Source: Candidatus Thorarchaeota archaeon (GTDB lineage Archaea > Asgardarchaeota > Thorarchaeia > Thorarchaeales > Thorarchaeaceae). Taken from it: a stretch of DNA of 13,109 nucleotides. The DNA is taken from the NCBI GenBank assembly GCA_011364905.1, contig RDNZ01000060.1:1-13109 (forward strand), given 5' to 3'. Positions within the stretch are counted from its first letter, which is position 1; each line of letters begins with the position of its first letter. Positions 6,933 to 13,109 of this stretch are shown here, in pieces. Both the position numbers and the translations under genes were made by a program. The notes beneath the pieces are model-generated. The model did no database searches. It worked only from the letters and a program-made list of their open reading frames with translations, and was not told the DNA's origin.

Positions 6933-8194
6933 GGTCCTAATCTTGAATGAATGACCTGCCCATTTGAGATGACTGTATGAACTAAGTTGGCTCCAAATCT
7001 CCAAGTGAGATACTCCGGATTGGGACAGTCAAGGATGACAATATCTGCCGCTTTTCCCGCCTCTATGCTTCCGTGGGTTGCTCCTCGGTCCAGTGCATGT
7101 GCTGCATTGATAGTTACTGCGGAAAGAGCTTCTCTAGGTGTCATCCTCATCTTGTAGCAAGATAAGGCGATGGTGAAGAACAATGACTCGTTTGCGCAAT
7201 TGGGATTGAAATCAGTTGCAAGAGCCACTGGGAGTCCCATCTCAATCATTTTACGCGCGTTTGCATATTCTGTATTTAGACTGAAGGCGGTGGCCGGGAG
7301 AAGTGTAGCAATTGTCCCTGCCTTGAGCATTTCTTCTAGTCCATCATCTGATGCCATCAGTAGATGGTCTGCAGACACTGCACCAACCTCTGCAGCAAGA
7401 GATGCGCCACCAAGCTGGACAATCTCATCAGCATGTACCTTCAGCTTCATTCCATTTTGTTTAGCTGCAGTGAGTATTCTCCGAGATTGCTCTATGCTAA
7501 AGACGCCTTGCTCACAGAAAACGTCGCAAAACTCAGCATATCCACTCTTCTTCACAGCCGGAATCATCTCATCAATAACTAGATCCACATATGAATCCGT
7601 CTTACCTTCGAATTCTGGAGGCACTGCATGTGCTCCCATGAACGTCGAAACGAAATCAATAGGGAGCTTTTCTCTCAGAATCTCTATAGTTTTCAGCATC
7701 TTCAGTTCATTCTCTGTATTGAGTCCATAACCGCTCTTCGCCTCTATCGTTGTGCTTCCCATGTTCAGCGTACCTTCAGCATAGGAGAACGCATTTGCAA
7801 CCAGTTCGTTTACACTTGCTGCTCTCGTTGAACGCAGTGTGTTTAGGATACCTCCTCCAGCTTCGAGAATCTCTAGGTATGTTTTCCCTGCGAGCTTCAT
7901 TGCGAAATCCCTCTCTCTAGATCCCCCAAAAACAAGGTGAGTATGGCTATCTATGAAGCCTGGGGTGGCAAGCATTCCTGGAAACTCGAGCGTAGGCAAT
8001 ACTGGGTCACTGGAAATCTCTGAAAGAATTTCATTGGTTGGTCCCACTGCGATTATTTTGCCATCCTTGATTGCGATGGCGCCATCCTCGATTATAGAAA
8101 CTTCATTCATCTGAGCTCCCTTTTTGGGGGCCTCACTATGGTCCGCTAACGTGGCTATTTGTCCTATATTTGCAAGGAGCAGGTCTGGTTTCAT
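6929..8194 (-). CDS. hutI: Imidazolonepropionase
   Basis: Motifs PGFIDSHTHLVFGGSR, YLEILEAGGGI, EAKSGYGL, GAHAVP, DVFCE, HADE, SADHL and ATDFNP. ATG 8194 is preceded by GGTGA at 5 nt and is preferred over TTG 8230. Confidence 0.97.
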   Translation of the reverse strand: MKPDLLLANIGQIATLADHSEAPKKGAQMNEVSIIEDGAIAIKDGKIIAVGPTNEILSEISSDPVLPTLEFPGMLATPGFIDSHTHLVFGGSRERDFAMKLAGKTYLEILEAGGGILNTLRSTRAASVNELVANAFSYAEGTLNMGSTTIEAKSGYGLNTENELKMLKTIEILREKLPIDFVSTFMGAHAVPPEFEGKTDSYVDLVIDEMIPAVKKSGYAEFCDVFCEQGVFSIEQSRRILTAAKQNGMKLKVHADEIVQLGGASLAAEVGAVSADHLLMASDDGLEEMLKAGTIATLLPATAFSLNTEYANARKMIEMGLPVALATDFNPNCANESLFFTIALSCYKMRMTPREALSAVTINAAHALDRGATHGSIEAGKAADIVILDCPNPEYLTWRFGANLVHTVISNGQVIHSRLGP

Positions 8195-8313
8195 CTTTGT
8201 CACCTTACCTTGTGATACAGGATTTCTCAATTGGACTGCGAAGCAATAAATCAGACGGATTAATTAGGAACAACCGTTCGAAATCCCACAAGGCAGTACC
8301 GGAGTACCTCAAG

Positions 8314-8895
8314 ATGAACTACTTGATTCTGAGCTGGCAAGATGTCTACAACCTGACTCTTCAACTATCTGAACGAATTGTCAGCAGCGGATATGTTCCC
8401 GATGTTATTGTAGGAATAGCTAGAGGAGGTTGGATCCCTGCACGCATCCTCTCTGACGTCCTTTATGCCAACACTCTACAGAATATTCGTATAGAGTACT
8501 ACACTGATGTGGGAGCAAAAGGCAAACAACCTCGAATCACTCAACCACTTACTGGATCGATGAAAGGCAAGACGATGCTCTTGGTTGATGAGGTTGCGGA
8601 TACTGGTGACACGCTACAACATGCTATCAATCATGTCAGAGCTCTTGGAGTCCGGGAGGTACGTTCAGCCGTACTCCACTACAAACCAACATCAGTGGTG
8701 AAACCTGATTACTATATGGTTGAAACAACGAATTGGACCGTATACCCATGGGAGATTCGTGCATCAATCATAGATCTGGTCAAGATTTTCGAGTCTGAAG
8801 ACAAATCGCTGACAATGAAAGACATTCGTGACAAGCTTGTATTCGAAGTGGGTTTTGAGCCAACTGTTGCAGACTACTTCATTAAACGATTATGA
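8314..8895 (+). CDS. Type I phosphoribosyltransferase, archaeal purine-salvage (hypoxanthine/guanine/xanthine PRT-like)
   Basis: LSWQD, PDVIVGIARGGWIPA, PRPP loop LLVDEVADTGDTL, KPDYY and WTVYPWE. ATG 8314 has GGAG upstream. The longer TTG 8170 start overlaps hutI and is unlikely. Confidence 0.92.
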   Translation: MNYLILSWQDVYNLTLQLSERIVSSGYVPDVIVGIARGGWIPARILSDVLYANTLQNIRIEYYTDVGAKGKQPRITQPLTGSMKGKTMLLVDEVADTGDTLQHAINHVRALGVREVRSAVLHYKPTSVVKPDYYMVETTNWTVYPWEIRASIIDLVKIFESEDKSLTMKDIRDKLVFEVGFEPTVADYFIKRL

Positions 8896-8910
8896 TGAGA
8901 GGTCGACTTA

Positions 8911-9492
8911 TTGCGAATAGAGCTATATGAGTACGATGACAAAAGTAAGGTCATTGGTATTGCTGAGATTCAAAATTCAAAGAATCTTACACAACAAGAG
9001 CTGGTACAGCTTGCAGAATCAATGTACGGAAACTCTCTCAGTGTCCAGTTCCTTAATGCATTATTGATTGCGGATGAGGTTCATCTACTCTCAGCTGCAC
9101 AGAATGCAATCAATGCACAAAACGGAGAATACATGCTCTCAAGGAGTCTAGATGTGGAAATCATTGTTTTCGCTTCGACTCAACGACAAATAGGCAGGGC
9201 TCTTGAAGCCCTTGGCGTCTACGATGGTATTGGCAATGTCGCTGTTGTGGTGGTAGGTCCTGATTCAACCTCAGTGAAGGATGCAGTCGCAGAGATAATC
9301 AAACAGGTAGGGAAGGAGGTTGTGCCCCCATTCAAGGCAACGAGAAATCGACTTGATCAGATTAAGAACCATTACCAGATAACCGATAAGGAAATCGATG
9401 CAATTGAAGAGTCTGAAGCGACTGAATCCAGAATGAGTGCATTGGCTCGCTGTGTTGCAAGTAGGGTTGCTCTTGTTGCCTTCGATAATTGA
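8911..9492 (+). CDS. cgi121: KEOPS complex subunit Cgi121 (TPRKB family)
   Basis: VQFLNA..IA...HL..AA..A..A.......SRSLDVEIIVFASTQRQI..AL...G is the Cgi121 signature. TTG start with GAGAGGT 7 nt upstream. Confidence 0.88.
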   Translation: MRIELYEYDDKSKVIGIAEIQNSKNLTQQELVQLAESMYGNSLSVQFLNALLIADEVHLLSAAQNAINAQNGEYMLSRSLDVEIIVFASTQRQIGRALEALGVYDGIGNVAVVVVGPDSTSVKDAVAEIIKQVGKEVVPPFKATRNRLDQIKNHYQITDKEIDAIEESEATESRMSALARCVASRVALVAFDN

Positions 9493-9499
9493 GTGCAGC

Positions 9500-10048
9500 C
9501 TAATACATATCATCACGCATAGTCATGATTGACAGGATATTGGTTTCATTGTCGAGTACAGCGAGTCCTGTCCATTCTCCAACTATCTCAACATTTACAG
9601 TCTTGTCAGGCTCATCCAAGTTGACTTTTCTCGGAATGACTGATGCGACCGCTTTGACAACATCCATGTTCTCAAGGTCGGTATGTCGTCGTCTAACGGT
9701 TACCCTGAAGCTTTCTTCCTCTCTTATCTTAGGTAACAACCGCTCGGTAGCTGCCACGATTTTTTCAATTGCAGACTCAACACATTCTTCCATAGGGGTG
9801 AAACGAATGGCAAACCGAAACTGATACGGATTTTCAACAGCAAATTCTCTAAGACGTTGAATGACCTGAAATGGATCAAGTGATGTTTTGCACGCAATCA
9901 ACCCGGATATGGGTGTCCGATGTATCTTGAGGTCCGTATCTTCAAGTAAATCTCCAATAAAATACAGTAACTCAGATATCGCAGCACGTTCACGATCTCG
10001 AGGACATGACACCAGAAGATTGTAGTCTTGCAGTGTTCTTCGCCTCAC
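9500..10048 (-). CDS. Stand-alone THUMP-domain RNA-binding protein (COG1818/Tan1-THUMPD1-like)
   Basis: N-terminal YNLLVSC...ISGLI...DP...RFTP ferredoxin-like part, then the THUMP motif ESFRVTVRRR...KVNLDEPDKTVNVEIVG. The GTG start overlaps the tsaC stop (GTGA). Confidence 0.9.
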   Translation of the reverse strand: MRRRTLQDYNLLVSCPRDRERAAISELLYFIGDLLEDTDLKIHRTPISGLIACKTSLDPFQVIQRLREFAVENPYQFRFAIRFTPMEECVESAIEKIVAATERLLPKIREEESFRVTVRRRHTDLENMDVVKAVASVIPRKVNLDEPDKTVNVEIVGEWTGLAVLDNETNILSIMTMRDDMY

Positions 10049-10752
10049 ATATCCGCATCAATGATTCGTGCACTCCAAAACCTCATTGCATCGGAGTCTA
10101 CCTTCAAGTCCTCCTCAATCTGAGATATGGGCAAGGCCCCTTCCCTGTATATTTTGATATTGAGTGGAGCGCTCTCTGTTTCGGGTCCTTCAACACCGAT
10201 TATTGTAGAGTTCTGGTGGGCAGATGAAGGTCCACCGTCGATGTACAAATCGACTTCATCCCCAAGTTGCTCCAAGGCAACAGGAAGCGAGAATGGGCTA
10301 GGCCCTCCACTGTGATTTGCGCTTGTACCAACAATAGGACCACCAATTATCTTGGCTATGCCTCGTGGAATGACATGGTCCGGCACCCGGATAGCTATAG
10401 TCTTCCGTCCAGCAGTGATATGCGGGAGAACATCAGGTCGAGCTTCTACGATGATAGTTAGGGCTCCCGGCCAAAAAATCCTTGTGATAACTCGTTCCAG
10501 GTCATGAAAGTCATGGTATATCTCACATTGGGACTCATCGGCAAACAATAATGGAAAGCCGAGTCTTCGGTCCCTCCTCTTAACTGCTATCAGCCGTTCC
10601 AAAGATTCACGGTTCCTTGGGTCGCATCCAAGTCCATAACTCGTGTCAGTTGGGTAGACAACGACTCCTCCCGCGGAAATGACTTCTGCTGCTCTCTCGA
10701 TTACATAATCAGATTTTTCTATGTCTTCGATACGCATTATCTCGGCATTCAA
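10045..10752 (-). CDS. tsaC: L-threonylcarbamoyladenylate synthase, single-domain TsaC/YrdC type (no SUA5 C-terminal domain)
   Basis: VVYPTDTSYGLGC, KRR (KxR), FWPGALTII, IAIRVPDH, GTSANHSG and STII. TTG start with GAGTGA upstream. Confidence 0.93.
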   Translation of the reverse strand: MNAEIMRIEDIEKSDYVIERAAEVISAGGVVVYPTDTSYGLGCDPRNRESLERLIAVKRRDRRLGFPLLFADESQCEIYHDFHDLERVITRIFWPGALTIIVEARPDVLPHITAGRKTIAIRVPDHVIPRGIAKIIGGPIVGTSANHSGGPSPFSLPVALEQLGDEVDLYIDGGPSSAHQNSTIIGVEGPETESAPLNIKIYREGALPISQIEEDLKVDSDAMRFWSARIIDADM

Positions 10753-10814
10753 TTATGTTCACTCTTTCATCCCTACAAACATACATATGGCCCTTACGTT
10801 CAAAGGTATCTTTT

Positions 10815-10820
10815 AGGAGG
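10815..10820 (+). promoter_or_regulatory. Shine-Dalgarno AGGAGG 7 nt upstream of ATT 10828
   Basis: Perfect AGGAGG at canonical spacing from the proposed start. Confidence 0.7.
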
Positions 10821-10827
10821 CATTCAT

Positions 10828-11844
10828 ATTCACGGAGTAATTCTTGCAGCTGGCAAGGGAGAACGATTTGGTCCTTTGACAAATGAGGTGCCCAAAGCAC
10901 TTGTCCCAGTTGCGGGTAAAACGCTTCTGGAGTGGGCTCTTGAACGCTACAGCCAAACTGGTGTTGATGATGTTGTGGTGGCAGTTGGATGGAAGGGATC
11001 AATGATTAAGGAGTTCATCACACGGAACAAAATTAATGCAAGAGTAGTTGACGTGCCAAAATATGAGGTTGGTCCCCTTCAAACACTACTCACAGCAATC
11101 GAAACCTTTGAGGGTGATTTTCTTCTCTCACCTGTCGATGCAATGATTGATCCTGCAACAGTCAATAATATGCTATCACATCACAATTCTCTCTTAACCA
11201 ATGGCGGAATGTCCCTCGCAGTAGGTTCAAATCTCTCTCAAGGCACACCTGTTGAAATAGGTCCCAATGGTCTGATTGTTGGAATAGGTGACGTTGCTTC
11301 AGATGCAGAGAATGTTGCAAGGAGTGCGATGCTGCTCATTGCTCATACAGAACTCAAAGAACTCTGTAAGTCCGCCCTTGAGAAGGGACGAGACCGAGTA
11401 GTTCAGCTACTAGACTTAATGCTCAAACAAGGCACCCGTATTCAAGCTATCTCTGTGCACCTGCCTTGGTACGATATCGACACTCTTTCAGACCTTCTCA
11501 TGGTAAATCAGAAACTCCTCCAAGTGGGAAGTGTTGCAAAAACTGGATCCGTATTTGTCCCATCTGGAGATAGCATTGATTTTGACGATAGCGTAGTGCT
11601 TAAACACAGAATTGCGATTGGTGAGAGCACTTCCATAATAGGTCCAGTTTTGATCTCCTCGAATTGTGTGATTGGCAAAGACTGTGCAATTGGTCCCAAT
11701 GTCGCCCTTGGATCGAATACTACTCTCTCACACAATTGTGAGGTCAAAGATGCAGTTGTCTTTGGTGAATCGAAGATTTCTCCTGAGGTCCGGATGCAGA
11801 GAAGCGTCATGTACAGTTCCGTCGAATACAATGTTGAGGTGTAG
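10828..11844 (+). CDS. Sugar/polyol-phosphate nucleotidyltransferase with C-terminal left-handed beta-helix; probable ATT start, 338 aa
   Basis: In frame upstream of the track's TTG 10876 is IHGVILAAGKGERFGPLT, the essential NTase signature. It is followed by PKALVPVAG, WYDIDT..DL and hexapeptide repeats (IIGPVLISSNCVIGKDCAIGPNVALGSNTTL). Confidence 0.88.
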   Translation: MHGVILAAGKGERFGPLTNEVPKALVPVAGKTLLEWALERYSQTGVDDVVVAVGWKGSMIKEFITRNKINARVVDVPKYEVGPLQTLLTAIETFEGDFLLSPVDAMIDPATVNNMLSHHNSLLTNGGMSLAVGSNLSQGTPVEIGPNGLIVGIGDVASDAENVARSAMLLIAHTELKELCKSALEKGRDRVVQLLDLMLKQGTRIQAISVHLPWYDIDTLSDLLMVNQKLLQVGSVAKTGSVFVPSGDSIDFDDSVVLKHRIAIGESTSIIGPVLISSNCVIGKDCAIGPNVALGSNTTLSHNCEVKDAVVFGESKISPEVRMQRSVMYSSVEYNVEV

Positions 11845-11846
11845 AA

Positions 11847-12452
11847 ATGCCGAGTGAATTCAGAGTCAGACGGATTTTCAAAGGACTTGTCTTGCGGATT
11901 GCTCATCCGTTGGCAAAAGCTGGTGTACGACCGAATACAATCACCTACGTCAGTCTGCTCCTATCTTTCATTGCAGCTCTATCACTATCCCTGACAGGCA
12001 TTCAACTTGTCTTTGGCATATTTGTATTCGTGTCAGGGCTATTTGATGGAGTTGATGGGGCAGTCGCGCGTGAGAGGAATGTTGCCTCAGATGTTGGAGC
12101 CTTTACTGATTCGGTTGTGGATAAAGTTTCGGAGATCCTTATTCTTGGAGCAATTGCAGTGGTATACTCGGGTATCGCTTTTCTTGGCGTACCCGTAGAA
12201 CTATGGGTGATTATAGCTATCAGTGGTTGGATATTGACAAGTTACACTCGTTCTCGAGCTGCAGCTCTAGGGGTAAGCGACCTGGATATCGGATTGGGCG
12301 CTCGTTCAGAACGACTATTCATACTAGTCGTGTTTTCCTTGCTAAACCAGTTACTGTGGGGTCTTGTATTCGTCAGCATCATTGGTATACTGACATCTGG
12401 ATATAGGTTCTATAAATATCAACATGAACTCAACTTTCATCCCTCAAATTAG
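11847..12452 (+). CDS. CDP-alcohol phosphatidyltransferase, archaetidylinositol-phosphate/PIP synthase-like membrane protein
   Basis: PNTIT, the signature DGVDGAVAR...S..GA..D...D, SYTRSRA, G...RSER and several hydrophobic helices. Starts 2 nt after the NTase stop, with GAGGTG upstream. Confidence 0.92.
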   Translation: MPSEFRVRRIFKGLVLRIAHPLAKAGVRPNTITYVSLLLSFIAALSLSLTGIQLVFGIFVFVSGLFDGVDGAVARERNVASDVGAFTDSVVDKVSEILILGAIAVVYSGIAFLGVPVELWVIIAISGWILTSYTRSRAAALGVSDLDIGLGARSERLFILVVFSLLNQLLWGLVFVSIIGILTSGYRFYKYQHELNFHPSN

Positions 12453-12522
12453 CTGCAAACCATTATACTTAAGAGCCTAGTCAATCTGGGCGGCTTCGAA
12501 TTACTGTTTGGAGTTCTAACTC

Positions 12523-12942
12523 ATGGCCAATTTTAGAGCAGACCATTATCTTATTGCAGAGTTCGAAAAGGTCTCTAATACGAAGGAAACTGGGGAAAAA
12601 GTGTTATCGGCACTAAAAGAACTCCCAGAGTTGAGAGACCTTGCAATTGTATCAAAACGAGCAGAAGGCAAATCTTGGTCAGAGATTCTTGGTCGAATTG
12701 ATGTTCCTGCAGGTTCAAAGGCATTCTGGGCTATGATTAAAAAAGATTTGACAGAAAGAGAACCATATCATCTTTTCATAAGATTCGATATGAATGCTGA
12801 AGGGGGAACCATCGATGAGGCTCGTTCAAACGTCAAATCATGGGTGGAGGATAATGTCGTGCCAAGGATTGAGGCAAAGACAAGTGTGAAGTCAATCAAA
12901 GTGCTTCAGCCTGATGAAATCTTCATGCCTAAACTTGGCTAA
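12523..12942 (+). CDS. Hypothetical protein, 139 aa, soluble alpha/beta
   Basis: ATG with GGAG upstream and an AT-rich TTATACTTAA TATA-like element near 12463-12472. No family recognised. Confidence 0.78.
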   Translation: MANFRADHYLIAEFEKVSNTKETGEKVLSALKELPELRDLAIVSKRAEGKSWSEILGRIDVPAGSKAFWAMIKKDLTEREPYHLFIRFDMNAEGGTIDEARSNVKSWVEDNVVPRIEAKTSVKSIKVLQPDEIFMPKLG

Positions 12943-12947
12943 AGATA

Positions 12948-13109
12948 TCACTCTTCTAAGACATCTATCAGAAAGACGTCTGTTCCAACCGCCTGAACAA
13001 GTTCAGGATGATCATCGCCATCAATATCTCCGATTGCCAGGTGCGATTCAGTAGACTTTTTCGAAGTCTTTAGAGATGTCCCTTCTACAATTCTTCTCCC
13101 AACAAAACC
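12948..13109 (-). CDS. C-terminus of an FG-GAP/VCBS-repeat-like protein (5' end outside the window)
   Basis: Not in the ORF track. Manual translation GFVGRRIVEGTSLKTSKKSTESHLAIGDIDGDDHPELVQAVGTDVFLIDVLEE* contains the DxDGD..xE Ca-binding blade motif. Confidence 0.72.
   Translation of the reverse strand, partial: GFVGRRIVEGTSLKTSKKSTESHLAIGDIDGDDHPELVQAVGTDVFLIDVLEE

Noticed and set aside
7170-7831. 186-aa and smaller plus-strand ORFs inside hutI
   Set aside because: Ser/Ile-rich antisense shadow frames.
8170-8313. 48-aa N-terminal extension of the PRTase and the TTG 8230 start of hutI
   Set aside because: These would make divergent genes overlap with no promoter space. ATG 8314 and ATG 8194 have SD motifs and match the family N-termini.
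10828-10875. NTase as a 5'-truncated or frameshifted pseudogene
   Set aside because: The signature motif is intact and in frame with a perfect SD before ATT, and the rest of the ORF has no lesions.
1-13109. Selenocysteine/pyrrolysine readthrough
   Set aside because: For the recognisable families, TGA/TAG stops fall at expected protein ends (PRTase TGATGA, tsaC TGA overlapping the next start), and no conserved domain is interrupted.
1-13109. CRISPR arrays, tRNA/rRNA, IS elements, integrases and defence systems
   Set aside because: No repeat-spacer periodicity, cloverleaf, terminal inverted repeats or transposase/nuclease motifs were seen, and all intergenic gaps are under about 200 nt.

Overview
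Gene-dense archaeal-type window. An Asgard/Thorarchaeota-like origin is inferred, not proven, from the Cgi121, THUMP-only, AIP-synthase-like and archaeal PRTase genes and the GGAG/GGTG leaders. It has four blocks. (1) A minus-strand M20 amidohydrolase followed by a partial Fe-S-domain gene that the ORF track misses, divergent from a small winged-HTH gene and an orphan ORF. (2) A split histidine-utilisation cluster: long-form 673-aa hutU, an inserted DUF6054-like/zinc-ribbon gene, hutH with a Ser-Ser-Gly MIO triad, and a convergent hutI, with no fourth-step gene in the window. (3) A purine-type PRTase plus tRNA-modification genes (cgi121, THUMP-only, single-domain tsaC/sua5). (4) A nucleotidyltransferase+LbH gene that apparently starts at ATT and is tightly coupled to a CDP-alcohol phosphatidyltransferase, then an orphan ORF and the 3' end of an FG-GAP/VCBS-motif gene. 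No mobile elements, CRISPR arrays or structural RNA genes were seen. The most notable signals are a hairpin/uORF covering the hutU SD and AUG, the ATT start, the divergent NTase paired with a lipid phosphotransferase, and the incomplete hut cluster with candidate accessory genes.
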